From Sphaerodactylus townsendi (taxonomy: Eukaryota), in contig NC_059439.1 in the NCBI RefSeq assembly GCF_021028975.2, positions 23,932,001 through 23,996,000 on the forward strand: a DNA stretch of 64,000 nucleotides, read 5' to 3'. Shown piece after piece: positions 24,521-36,704 of the stretch. Within the stretch, counting starts at the first letter, position 1; each line of letters opens with the position of its first letter. The position numbers and the translations under genes are program-made. Below the pieces are notes generated by a model. The model was not told where the DNA came from and searched no databases. It saw only the letters and a program-made list of their open reading frames with translations.

Positions 24521-25375
24521 CTGCCACAACTCTTTAATCTGATGTTTCAATGGTCTTTCATGTGCATCTTCTCTGTGTTTACGTTTAGATGAGGACATAT
24601 CTTGTAAAGCATGAGCAATGGCGTAGACAGCGTTATAGATGCTGTCACTGTGTCCAGTCATGCTCATTTCAAAAAAAGGCCCAGGAAGGCTCTCCAGCTT
24701 CTCCGTCCCAGTGCAGATGTCACCTGTTATGTCATTCAGCATTGGATTTGGGAATGTACAGCCAAAGGCCTGTTGCCAAAAATCCCTCATAAAACCATCT
24801 CCTTCGATTCTGGAAGGACTTCTGCTTGCAACAAATTGTTGAAACCCAGGGTGATCGCTGGAATGAACGCTGAAGGACAGAGCACCATGGATGATGTCTG
24901 GACCCCAATTCCTTTGATAGACAAACGCATTGAGCTCTATCTGGGCTGCCAATATCCACACTTTACCCATCCATGGTGTATTTTCCAACTCTGATAGCTG
25001 AGGTAACCACCTCAAGTATGTAAAAGAATAGGATTCTCCATACACTAAATATACATTGGCTGAACTTTCCCTGATTTTATCAAGTATTTTGGTCCCATGT
25101 TGAAGCTTCTCAGCAGTATCACTGACAACAGAGGATTTGGGGCTTTTTTCTATGAAAGAAATACAGATCCCATGCTGCGGGAACAGTTCAACTGCAGACT
25201 GCACAAATCTTTCTCCATTGTCATCATCCACATAAATTACCCCAATCCATATCCAATTGAAATGCAAAAGCAACCGAAGAATCCCCACATTCTGAAGAGT
25301 TTCACTAGGAGCTATCTTGTAGAAAGGCAGGCTGGGAGTTTTGTCATTCATCAATGGAGCAGAACCATAGATCAG
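24521..25375 (-). CDS. V2R-B exon 3
   Basis: 855 bp, open; LIYGSAP, LLHFNWIWIG, DDDNGERF, IYNAVYAIAHALQ; ends WQ|gt. Confidence 0.96.
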
Positions 25376-26246
25376 CTGAAAAGAGATGTGGGGAGAGCAC
25401 TGGATTGCAACAGCAATGGTAGTATTTGCATAGTGCATTCTATAGCACCAGCCTGAAATATAAGTAAAACATTTTCTGTTCCATGGATTATACGATGAGG
25501 CTCAGAGAACAGTGACTTACCTAAAACCATGTGGTGAGTTGTCACAGACGTAACCAGGGCACCTGCTTTAAGAATCCCTCTCCCTTTGACCCTTCCTTCA
25601 TATTTGAAAATCCTCACAACACTTAGCCGTCGGCATGCTTTTATACATGCCAGCCTGAGTGTCCTGCCAACTGCAGAAATATGAGGATGATCCACAAAAA
25701 CACTGTTTTCAGAATGTTTCTGTGATTGTTTAGCTGGTGCAATAGAGACTGTAGACTGGGATTAATAATTACATGTAGAGTAGAAAAGATGTTTAAATAT
25801 AACTATGGGGAAAGTTGGAAAAAATAGTAAAACAAAAGAATGGGAAAAGAAATGCTTATCGATCACGGGGAAAATTAAAGCATTGAAAATGTGCATAATG
25901 CCAAAAATGTTCTATTTATTCTGAACCCTTCCTTTGGTAATAAAGAAGAAAGAATGTGAGGAATGGGGTAGAAAGTTGAAAGCATGGGTATTTAACAACA
26001 AGAATCCAAGAGTAATGAACAAAATGCTGTATATAACAAAGAAATATTTGGGCTGGGGAATCCCAAAAATGCAAGAATACTATGAAGCATTTCAGATAGA
26101 GTGTTCNNNNNNNNNNNNNNNNNNNNNNNNNNNNNNNNNNNNNNNNNNNNNNNNNNNNNNNNNNNNNNNNNNNNNNNNNNNNNNNNNNNNNNNNNNNNNN
26201 NNNNNNNNNNNNNNNNNNNNNNNNNNNNNNNNNNNNNNNNNNNNNN

Positions 26247-26379
26247 CACAAGTGTCTGGAATTCATCTCTGAATATCGAGTCCTTCCCAAGGACCTAGGA
26301 TATTAGAGGTATTTGCGTAGAATATGTGCAGTTCCTAGAAGTGCTGCTTTCTGCAGCATGTGGACTGATGTTCTGTCTA
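26247..26379 (-). mobile_element. R4/Dong-like LINE 3' fragment between two gaps
   Basis: MLQKAALLGTAHILRKYL* resembles the C-terminus of R4-clade elements. Confidence 0.6.
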
Positions 26380-26533
26380 NNNNNNNNNNNNNNNNNNNNN
26401 NNNNNNNNNNNNNNNNNNNNNNNNNNNNNNNNNNNNNNNNNNNNNNNNNNNNNNNNNNNNNNNNNNNNNNNNNNNNNNNNNNNNNNNNNNNNNNNNNNNN
26501 NNNNNNNNNNNNNNNNNNNNNNNNNNNNNNNNN

Positions 26534-26785
26534 CCCTATCCCTGGAGGGCTCAGGGCGGTGAACAACATAAAATCATACAAAAACATAAAAATCTTAAAA
26601 CAGGTACACTCTACAATAGGGCCCGCGAGACCCATATACCACCCTCTTCCAAAAATGAGGAGGGGTCCCAATGATGTTAGGGGACCCTACTAGCAGGGGG
26701 GGAGGGCAGGGCATTATCAGCGGCTGGACTCTCCAAAGGCCCGGTGGAATAATTCGGTTTTACAGGCCCTGCGGAACTCTCCAAG
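26534..26785 (-). mobile_element. L2 3' fragment
   Basis: Reverse complement of the L2 end (gagttccgcagggcctgtaaaaccgaatt...). Confidence 0.75.
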
Positions 26786-27081
26786 GTGAGAAGGATGGAT
26801 GGATGAGATTTGAAAATAAGATCAATAAGGAAGAGGGAAAATGCAGAATATATACTAATAAGATGGAGAAGGGAAACCAAGCTATAATAGGTCCAAGAAA
26901 GGTGAATTTGGACATATGGGGAAAAAATGGAGAGAGAGAAATGGGTGCCCGGGACCCTGGGGATGGCGCCAGTGGCAAGTGTGGCAGGAAAAGAAGGAAA
27001 GAAAGTAATAAAAGAAGGAAAGAAGGAAAGAAAGTAACAAAGATTTTGGGGAGACAAGTAATACAAATATGGCAAATATGG

Positions 27082-27651
27082 CCTGGGACCCTCGTATCTG
27101 AGAGACCGCATTACCCCATATGCCCCTACTCGGCCTCTGCGATCAGCAGAGGCCAATTTGCTGGCGGTTCCTGGCCCCTCGATGATGCAGCTGGCCTCCA
27201 CACGGGCCAGGACCTTTACGGCCCTGGCCCCAGCCTGGTGGAACACCCTCCCTCCAGCTGTCCGGGCCCTGCGGGACCTTGGTGAGTTCCGCAGGGCCTG
27301 TAAGACCGAGTTGTTCCACCGGGCCTTTGGAGTGTCCAGTCGCTGAGTGGCGCCCCCTTCCCCCTCCCCCTCTCCTTCCCCCCTGCATCTTCTTGCACAT
27401 ACCATCTGTTGCACTTTACCACCTATTATCCTCCCAGAGAGGAACCTGACCCCTCCCTTTTCTTTTACTGGGGTGATCTAAATTGAATTGGCCATAATAG
27501 GGCACCTATTATGATGCTAACCGCTGTTTTTAAGTAGCTTTTAATGGTTTTTAGTATTATATTGTTGTTATCGATTTAATTAATTGTATATGTGAATGTT
27601 GTTCACCGCCCAGAGCCCCCAGGGGATGGGGCGGTTTATAAATCGAAACAA

Positions 27652-27690
<39 letters not shown>
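27082..27690 (+). mobile_element. Young L2 3' fragment
   Basis: RTFTALAPAWWNTLP...FRRACKTELFHRAF; (AAAT)n tail. Confidence 0.85.
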
Positions 27691-28879
27691 CTAGAATGGG
27701 GTGAAATAATGACATTACAAAATTTTATAGAGATAGGTGGTACAGAGAACTGGTTGGTTTTGAGAGGAATATGGGAAAGAATAAAGGTGTCAAGAATTAA
27801 AGGTGAATGTATAATGGCAAATTGCTTGGAAATCTATGAAAAAAGGGGCAGGAAAGTTTTAGGTCAAATATATAATTTGATGATTGATGATAAGGAATTC
27901 ATGATAAGAGCTATGAAGCAAAAATGGGAGAAGGATGGCACCCTGAATGATGAAAAAACTGAAAGAATAATGGCTAGCATGAGAAAAATAAAAATTGAAA
28001 AATATATGGAGTTGGAAAGACAGTTGATTTTAAAATGATATAGAACTCCCAGACAACTTGCATATATGGTAAAGGGATTATCTCCAAAATGTGGGCACTG
28101 TGGAGACCAAGATGCACATTATAGCCATATGTGGATTGAATGCAAAGAAGTAAAAAGATTCTGGGAAAAGGCATTGCTATGGATAGAGAAATTGGTGAAA
28201 AATAAAGTGGAATTAAGAAATGATCTATTATTTATGGGAATAATTGATGATGAAAAAATAGATATACAATATAGAAATATGTATTAAACATTGATTAGAG
28301 CAATACATGCAGTGATAGCGTTTGGATGGAAAGATAAGAAAAAATGGATGATTTCAGAAATGGTTGGAATATATATGGGAACAAGTAACATTAGACATTT
28401 TTGAAATATTATCAAAGAATAAAACATGGCAAGAAAAACAGAATGAAATAATGAAGATATGGACAAGTTATGAGAATTGGATGAAGGAGACGGGAGTCAA
28501 AGAAGACATATGGATGAGAATGAACTTACTGCTGTTTGGTTAAAGAAAAGAAAAACATAATATTAGGGGAGGGTGGGAGGGGGAAAAAGGGAAAATGTAT
28601 TGTTTGGAAATATATCAGAAAGATGTAAATAGAATGATTATTTCAAACTATACAATAAAAATATATATTTTTAAAAGAGACTGTAGACTGTGTTGTGATA
28701 TTTTGTATAAATGATCTGCCCCAGAGCTCTCTAGATTATGCCTACTTTGTCTAGATACCAGTTCCCTCTCGAGCCTTGGGTGGTATCATTATTATTAGCA
28801 GATCTTGATCCCAAAACAGCCTGAGTTGTTGATAAACATCTGACAATAGTAATCTCTGTAAAACGTTGTTGGTTTATGA

Positions 28880-29704
28880 CAGGGGTCGGGAACCTTTTCC
28901 CCTCAAAGAGCCATTTGGCTCACTCACCCCCCACTCGCTGGCACGCCCCCCCTCCGCTCCCCCGCCCACTTGCTCGCTCGCGCCCCCCCTCCGCCCGCTC
29001 ACACACACACACCCGCCTGCAGGGCAGGCGTAGATAGGCCCGGCGGCTCGGCCTTGCCGGCTGCCGGGCGAGTGATGCGCCCGCCCTGCTCCTTACAGGG
29101 CGGGTGAAGAGGTGCCCGGCGGCTCGGCCGGGCCGGCCGCCGGGGAAACGATGCTCCCGCCCTGCTCCTTGCAGGGCGGGAGAAGAGGTGCCCGGCGGCT
29201 CGGCCGGGCCGGCCGCCGGGGAAACGATGCTCCCGCCCTGCTCCTTGCAGGGCGGGAGAAGAGGTGCCCGGCCGGGCCGGCCGCCGGGGAAACGATGCTC
29301 CCGCCCTGCTCCTTGCAGGGCGGGAGAAGAGGTGCCCGGCCGGGCCGGCCGCCGGGGAAACGATGCTCCCGCCCTGCTCCTTGCAGGGCGGGAGAAGAGG
29401 TGCCCGGCCGGGCCGGCCGCCGGGGTAACGATGCTCCCGCCCTGCTCCTTGCAGGGCGGGAGAAGAGGTGCCCGGCGGCTCGGCCGGGCCGGCCGCCGGG
29501 GAAACGATGCTCCCGCCCTGCTCCTTGCAGGGCGGGAGAAGAGGTGCCCGGCGGCTCGGCCGGGCCGGCCGCTGGGGGAACGATGCGCCCGCCCTGCTTC
29601 TCGCAGGGCGGGAGAAGAGGGGCCCCGCGGCTCGGCTGATGGAGCCGCAGAACAGCGGCGGAAGAGCCGCATGCGGCTCGCGAGCCGCGGGTTCCCGACC
29701 CCTG
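28880..29704. mobile_element. Young hAT non-autonomous element with an internal 68/76-bp GC-rich minisatellite
   Basis: TIR caggggtcgggaacc; 8-bp TSD gtttatga; ~8 tandem units. Confidence 0.92.
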
Positions 29705-30665
29705 GTTTATGAGAAAGTGTATAGATTCCCTACATATTATTTTAATGTGTGGCTGATTTTATGAGATATATATATATTTGATTGATCTGTTTGTGATTTT
29801 GTTCTTGTTATGTTATAATGGTTTGTCTGTTTGATATATGATGATGTATTGGTTTTATGTTTAAAACCTATGGCATTCTAATAAAAGGAAATGAACATGG
29901 GGACAGTTGTTAGAATTCGCAAAAGAAAAAGCACCATAGAAAATATTTCTATGCACAAAACAGGGCTAGTTCTCCTAGTGTCAAAAGGGTAGCCTAGAGC
30001 TAATGTCAAAAGGGTAGCCTAGAGACCCAGTATGGAATAGCCTTTGAAAGTAGCAAGATACAAAGTGACACCATAATATGTCCTTTTGTAGATTAGGAAT
30101 GGTCTAACCCATATTAAGAGATATTTGTTAAAACCCAGGTGCACAGAGCATCTGAGAATGGGAAGAATGTCCAACAAGTGATAATATGATTCAAAGATGG
30201 GTGTGCTGGTTGATGTCCAAAAGACTTTAATACATTTGAAAAAAATATTAATTTTGGATAGACTTTAAGATAAAGAGTAGCAAGAATGAGCTAACACTCA
30301 ATATTAAGAATGCAATAGTTACGTGTTAATAAAAACTCAAAATGGGAGCAAAGATCCTTTAATGTTATTAGTCTCATACTATACCCATAACAAACCTCAT
30401 AAGTGTAACTGAGGTGTGAACCCAGGGTATGCCAAAGGAAAGGTAGTAAAACACCTTCTTAAGTTCAGAGTTGTATCTGAATCAGACCTGACCAAAGGCA
30501 TCCAGAACAGGGTGTATATATCTGAAGAGAGAACTTTTAATCTGCTACTCTGCATCCGCTGTCATATAAAAGACTGTCAGAACAAAGTAAGTGTATGAGC
30601 ATGTGTGAATATGCAGTTCTAAATAACTAGTGGTGAATATTTTAAAGTGAAAAAGCACATCCTAC

Positions 30666-30957
30666 CTGTGGGATCTTGTAGATATCCACAAGTGTAGCCA
30701 CGTGATGAGAGATTTGAGGGTCTAGTCCTCCAATTACAGCTATTAGGTTGTTCTGGATATCACATTTGTAGTTAGGAATTAATTTCTTTGGTGTGGATGT
30801 GAATTGCATTGTGTCTTGGTAAGTCCACTTGGCATTGTAATAGCTGTCATAGATATCAAATCCCAAGGTGACATTGGGTAAAATGTGTGGGTTTTCATTG
30901 ATTTCATTTACTGCAAATGCCAGTGATAGAATGTGCTGGTAATTCTTAGTCACTATA
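30666..30957 (-). CDS. V2R-B exon 2
   Basis: 292 bp; [35 protein letters not shown]...IGGLD...KIPQ|gt. Confidence 0.96.
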
Positions 30958-31504
30958 CTAGAATGAGAATTGGAAACACATGTAGAATTATAACACACAC
31001 ACAAATGTTCTATAAACTTCTACAGAGTGCTTGGAAGGTTGTCTCTAGCTTGCCTGCAATACATTTCACTGAGCATCTGCATAGTTATTTTAGAGGACTT
31101 GGTCCAGAGTAGCTGCCTCCTGCAGCCCTGAGTGGCAGATTTGCAGGCCTCTATGTGGAAAATATCTGATAGGGCTTTAATGTCGAAGTAGGTAAGAAGT
31201 TTGTTCTAAGGTAGTTTCTCAGTACAGTGTAGCATTTTTGAATACTGTGGAATTATTGAAGGAATCCAGATTTCAGCTTTGTAATGTTGTACTGAAATTG
31301 CTCTGTATTAAGAGGAAGCTGGTGAAAAACAAGTCACGCTTATCATAATACGTCCAATTTTCCTTGCTATATTAGCCTACATCATGAAGAGAATACACAA
31401 ATATTCATAGTTTCATCCATGGAACATATTTCCACTTATTGTCATTTTTATACATTTATTCATATTGTCTATTCAATTTAAATAGATTTTGTATGTGATG
31501 GTAT

Positions 31505-31645
31505 GGTAGCTTGACCTTCGTAGCTCATCAGATCTTAGAAACAAAGTGGGGTTAGCTGGTATTTGGATGGCAGATGTCCAAAGAATACCAGAGTCATAGT
31601 GCTGTTGCAGGCAATAGCAAACTCTTTGAATGTCTACTGCCTTTA
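31505..31645 (+). mobile_element. Highly decayed 5S-derived SINE
   Basis: cagatcttagaa...gtatttggatgg...aagaatacca...gcaatagcaaac. Confidence 0.45.
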
Positions 31646-32067
31646 AAATATATCAGCCCTATCAACATGAATATTACTGCATAGTCTGTCAATTCATTTT
31701 TATAGTATATTGTATAATATTAAAAACAGAGCTGCAGATATAGAAATCAGGGAGAAACTTTCTATAACATTTAAGAGGGGGTTCTTTCCTTGCTCATTTT
31801 ATTTCATTCCAGAATGGCTTATTATTTCCCTTGTGGAGGGGGGTCTTTCTTTGAGAATTTTGCCAGGTCTAGTAACTCTTTGTACACCAATTGAATGACA
31901 GCCCAATCCAGGTGGGGGGATGATTGGTCACAGACGCCTTCCTTCACCATGCTGCCACCAGTCATCACAGTGTTGTCCAGAGATCTGGATTACAATGTAA
32001 GACATCCTTGGAATGGATAACTTACTTGACCAATAAAGAAAGAAATGATGTAGATTTAATTGCTTAC

Positions 32068-32282
32068 ACAAACTCATCAGACAGTGGTGGGGGTGGATTT
32101 CTTGTGAAGTCTACTGAAGTGGATACAATGAAAGTGTGAGAAGCAATGCCACCAACAAAGACATCTCCTGATTTGCGATATTCCTGGAGTGGAGGCTGTG
32201 GATATTTCATCCAGCATTGAATAATGTGAGAATTGGAAACCATTCCAGGAAGTAGGAAAAGCAACAAATCCATAAATATCAT
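32068..32282 (-). CDS. V2R-B exon 1 (signal peptide)
   Basis: MIFMDLLLFLLPGMVS...C...EYRKSGDVFVGGIAS; phase-2 donor gtaagc. Confidence 0.88.
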
Positions 32283-32587
32283 AAACCTGCACACACTTGT
32301 TTCTCTATTAATACAATGTACTATTTGGATCCATAATGCCATCCTTATAATCAGTATGACTAAATCACCTTAACACAAAGAATTTCCCAATAGGCCTCTG
32401 CTAAGTAGCATTAAGAAGACAAAGGACAAACATCAATCTATCGGAGAGCAGGAGAGTGATTCATTCTCCATCTGTAATCCTTAGATCTATGGTTTCAGAT
32501 CTTTGGTTATATTTACACTGTCCTTTCTTCCAAACGGTTGCTTGATGATGAGTGGATCCCCAGTGGTGATTTGAAAAGCAGCAGAGA

Positions 32588-32611
32588 TAATTACAGTGCT
32601 TTTGATAATTA
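32588..32611 (-). promoter_or_regulatory. Shared V2R upstream motif, copy B
   Basis: Sense strand TAATTA-TCA-AAAGCA-CTG-TAATTA, ~305 bp upstream of ATG 32282. Confidence 0.6.
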
Positions 32612-33159
32612 AAGAACACAATTACTAATTCAAAGTTCAGAATTTCACATTGAATGACAGAAGAAAAATATGTTGTGACTTTTGTACAGAACTTTTGTAC
32701 GGAACTTTGGGCATTACAATTTCAGATCATCAAAAACAGTGGGGGAAGTTGTACATAGTCCACTTGCTGTGTGACATGATCCTCATCCAGATCAGGTCTT
32801 TGCATGCCTGGAAACTGAAATCCAAGTGGGGAACTAATATTATGGTTCAACCGGAAACCCTTGTGGTGCACCTAGGCATGACCTATCGACTGTGTAACAT
32901 GGAGTACAGCCCTTATTTTTCTCATGGAGTTGGGGTTGTGATCACAATATCTTTATCAGAACACATGTTAAATCAGGAATATTGAAGTTTTAATGATTGG
33001 TGCAGTGAAATGTCATGTGTATGATGGGCCTGCATCCATTGGACACAGCAGTTGTCATTGAAACTGCCCGATAATTNNNNNNNNNNNNNNNNNNNNNNNN
33101 NNNNNNNNNNNNNNNNNNNNNNNNNNNNNNNNNNNNNNNNNNNNNNNNNNNNNNNNNNN

Positions 33160-33258
33160 CAGCACATTCTATCACTGGCATTTGCAGTAAATGAAATCAA
33201 TGAAAACCCACAAATTTTATCCAATGTCACCTTGGGATTTGATATCTATCACAGCTAT
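33160..33258 (+). pseudogene. Orphan V2R exon-2 fragment
   Basis: [33 protein letters not shown] is nearly identical to V2R-B exon 2, then homology stops. The 5' side runs into the gap. Confidence 0.8.
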
Positions 33259-34243
33259 TTTTTCTCCTTGGTTTTACTTGTGACCAGCTCCACATGCTCT
33301 CCTCCAGGAAGATCCTCCATTGCATTAAGGATATTTTACCAGGAATATCAACTTTTAATTGTAAAGCTCTGGAGTATTTTTCAAGGGCAGTCCCATGTAG
33401 AGTACATTTCAATAATATAATCTATCTGTAAGCAGTACATGCATCCCAGGGGACAGACCTTTTCTGCCCAAGAAAAGCTGTAGCTGCCTAACTAGTCAAA
33501 GTTGGTAAAAGGCACTCCTGGCAACAGCTCCTACTAGCTTATCTAGCACTAGGTCTAAGTCTAAGAGTTCCCCAAAACTATGGACCTGTTCCTTCAAGAG
33601 GAATGCAGCCTCATCCAGAATGGGTGGCAACCTTAAGTCCCAAGCCAGATCTTGCATTCACCATATAGAATTTCCATCTTGTTGAGATGAAGCTTCAGTT
33701 TATTAGCCTGCACTCACTCCAAAACTGCCTCCGGTCATCAGTTCAGTATTTTTATCACCTCTTTGGGATTGACAGGAAGTGTGTGTTAGAGCTAAGTGTC
33801 ATATGCATACTGGTGACAACCCAGCCCAAATCTCTGGAGAACCTCACAAAGCAGTTTCCTGTAAATGCTGAAAAGCATATGGTACAAGATGGAGCTTTGT
33901 GGGATTTCAAGGTTTTCTCCTCTCAGTCTTTTTCTTCAATGTTTACAAGAGGTCACTGAATGAGATTTTCTTGAACTTTAGGGTTGGGTATCATCCATAT
34001 GCAGATGATACATAACTCTGCATAGCCAGTCCATTTCATTTTCTAGGGCTTTTAGTATTGCATAGACTGCAGGCATTGGGGGGGGAGGGACTTTAGGTCT
34101 TATGTTGTTGGTTCTAAATTGTGTTCTTTCTAACTGTGGTTCGTAAATTGCCTTGAGCCATGTAGAAAGGTAGGATGTAAATAGACATGTTTTGCTCTGC
34201 AATTCCATTGGGAATCTCCAACTTTGGCCATTACCTTCCCCTT

Positions 34244-34266
34244 TAATAATTAAAGGACCTTAATTT
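34244..34266 (+). promoter_or_regulatory. Shared V2R upstream motif, copy C
   Basis: TAATAA-TT-AAAGGA-CCT-TAATTT (1 nt shorter than the others), ~240 bp upstream of the ATG. Confidence 0.5.
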
Positions 34267-34506
34267 AATTTGAGTTTCGACAAAATCTCGACGGACTTTC
34301 AAGGTATTCATATAAAACTAATAACAGGGATGGTGAAAGTTGGTACCACTATAGCTACCACTAAGACCAGAAACTACAAGCAGACTAGAGCTGTATCAGT
34401 CTGATCCCCAAGTTACATTTAAAAATACAGGCTTTGCGTCCTTCAGTAGAGAGAATGTTAATGTGGTGACAAAAGCCTGTATTTATAGGGAAGAAGTACA
34501 TTTAGG

Positions 34507-34721
34507 ATGAAGGGATTTGTCTTCTTACAGCTGGTAATGGTATATCACAGAGTATTTAAGGCTCATATTGTGAAGTGTGGGATTCGAGACCTAGATCCTC
34601 CTCTCCAAGAGTATCACCAGTCAGGAGACTTCTTTGTTGGTGGTATTGCTTCTCAGAGTTTCAACATCAATCCTGTCAGCTTCACTGAATACCCCAAAAC
34701 GGCGCTGGCTGATGAGCTTTT
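34507..34721 (+). CDS. V2R-C exon 1 (signal peptide)
   Basis: MKGFVFLQLVMV...C...EYHQSGDFFVGGIAS; phase-2 donor gtaagc. Confidence 0.9.
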
Positions 34722-35226
34722 GTAAGCATTAATTATCTTTTACGTTAATTTTTTCCTTTACATTTCTTCTCCCTGAGTGTTTAATTCCAGCCACAATGGT
34801 CCGTTAACTAAAAATTAATCAAATTTCAGTGAGCTTTACTGGTGTTCTTGAGTTCTTGTGTACACTCCTATGTCCATTTCTGATCTGATTTCCATTTACC
34901 TCCCTTCTTGTTAGCACGGAAGTACACATGAACCTGCCTTATATCAAGTCAGTACTTCATCTAATACAGTGTTGTAATCTCTTTCTGGCAGCAGCTTCCA
35001 ATGAGCTACAGCAGGGAATGATCTTTCACAATACTGGTTCTTCATGAACTTAAGTGGGTGTACTAGACATGGAACATCAGACTCCCTAGATGCAAAGAAA
35101 GTCCTCTGCAGCTAAGGCACAAGACATTCCTCTAAACTTTCCACAGTCTAGAATAGATGGTGTTTTCTACCATCTGTAAATTAACTATGAACAATTGTTC
35201 TTCTGCATGCACGCCTAGCAAATTTG

Positions 35227-35394
35227 CTTCAGATTTTGGGTGATTTTGGGCTAGTCACAGTTTTTCAGAATTCTCTCAGCCTGGCATACCTCACGAAGTG
35301 TCTGTTGTGGGGAAAAGAAGGAAAGGAGTTTGTAAGCCCCTTCGGCTCTCCTTACAGGAGAGAAAGAGGAGTATACATCCAAACTCCTCTTCTT
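35227..35394 (+). mobile_element. 5'-truncated tRNA/CORE-type SINE
   Basis: Core and tail match the SINE family. Confidence 0.7.
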
Positions 35395-35432
35395 TAGAAG
35401 CCAGCACATATAATTGGTGTTTCTAGCATATT

Positions 35433-36704
35433 CCCACATGTGCACTTCTCTATGCAGACGACACTGTGTTACTGTCTCGGTCCAAGGTGGGCCTGCAAAG
35501 ACTACTTCAAGCCTTTGCGACGTACTGCACAAACAGTGCCCTGTCGATTAATTATAACAAATCCAAAGTGCTGATCTTTTCGAATTCAAAAAAACTCAGC
35601 ACGTGGAAAATAAACGGTACATTGATTGAACAGGTCCATTCATACAGATATTTAGGAATCACCTTCCATCATTCCTTAACCTGGACCTCTCATATCCACC
35701 AGACTCTCAATACAAGTAAAATCAAAGTGTTGGCAATATCCAGATTTTTTCACACCAGAGGCGGTCAATTTTTTCCTGCCGCAATGGAAGTTTTTCAGTT
35801 AAAACTACTGCCACAATTACTTTACGGAGCTCCAATCTGGGGAGCAAAAACCGCTGAGAAATTAGAGAGTGTTCAATCTTTGTTTCTTCGTCGTTTATTG
35901 GGTCTTCCAAACTCAGTCACGTATCAAGTTCTTTGTTTAGAAACCGGAGCCAAGACAATTTTTTCCCGGGTTTGGCTCTCTTTGTTTAAATACTGGCTTC
36001 GCCTTCATTATAGAGCCCTCCCGGGCAGTCTGACATATTTTCTGTTAAGCGACCACTTCCACTCCACCTGGCACACCAAAATTATCAAGCAAATAAACAA
36101 CATAGGTGTATCTTTTGACCAACTCCTACTGATGGACGAAAGACAGGCTTTCGGAGTTTTGAAACAACGTACTCTTGACATTGAAGGGCAGCTTCTCACA
36201 GCTGGAGCCTGCAGAACTTGTTCTCCCACATTTTATGGCATTTCACCACCATTGCCGGGTTTTATGGCTAAATATATGAGTAATTTAATCAATCCACATC
36301 TCCGTAGATATTTTATGCTTGCTCGGCTAAATGTGTTACCGACTGCCCAAACAAGAGGCAGATATCATGGCATCCCACAGGAGAACAGGACTTGCTCCTG
36401 TGCAGCGGGCCTACCCGAAACAACTGAACACGTGCTCCTTCATTGTAAAGATTTGGCAGTCTATCGGTTGCTTTTTCTCGAGGCCATTTTGAAGAAATTT
36501 TCAGTGAGATCAGACAAGGAAATAGTTTCACACCTGCTTAGTGACCATCATCCCCACACTACTGAATCAGTTGCCAGGTTTTTAACAAAGGCACTTGGAT
36601 CAAGAGTGAAACCTTTGTGTAAATTTTAGTCAATTGGTTTTAACATAATTTGTATTTTACCACTCTTTATATGCCATTAAAGGTTTTGTATTTGTATTTG
36701 TATT
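35433..36704 (+). mobile_element. 5'-truncated non-LTR retrotransposon (RTEX-like; clade inferred) with open RT C-terminal frame
   Basis: Begins at the LLYADD catalytic motif and includes YRYLG and a C-terminal CSC...H...C knuckle. Stop at 36629; (TATTTG)n tail; 15-bp TSD tgtttctagcatatt. Confidence 0.85.

Larger units (their letters stand above)
25759..28675 (+). mobile_element. 5'-truncated L1 LINE with nested insertions
   Basis: L1 ORF2 pieces (LGWGIPKMQEYYEA; CGHCGDQDAHYSHMWIEC zinc knuckle), G-rich 3' UTR, AATAAA. 15-bp TSD agagactgtagactg at 25744-25758 and 28676-28690. Confidence 0.85.
18950..32282 (-). other. V2R-B complete gene span, 6 exons, ~872 aa
   Basis: Exons 215+292+855+228+127+902 = 2619 nt, in frame, no internal stop. 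An alternative in-frame ATG lies at 32342. Confidence 0.92.

Noticed and set aside
29098-29620. CRISPR-like regularly spaced palindromic repeats
   Set aside because: Units are contiguous with no unique spacers, there are no cas genes, and the context is a vertebrate transposon.
28920-29764. Long overlapping Arg/Pro/Gly-rich ORFs (175-250 aa) on both strands
   Set aside because: By-products of a stop-poor GC-rich minisatellite inside a hAT element.
32283-34506. Bidirectional promoter shared by V2R-B and V2R-C
   Set aside because: The interval contains a gap with evidence of contig mis-orientation, and each gene has its own copy of the upstream motif.
35466-36629. 387-aa ORF as a host gene
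   Set aside because: It is a 5'-truncated LINE RT with a TSD and microsatellite tail; it starts at GTG just after YADD.
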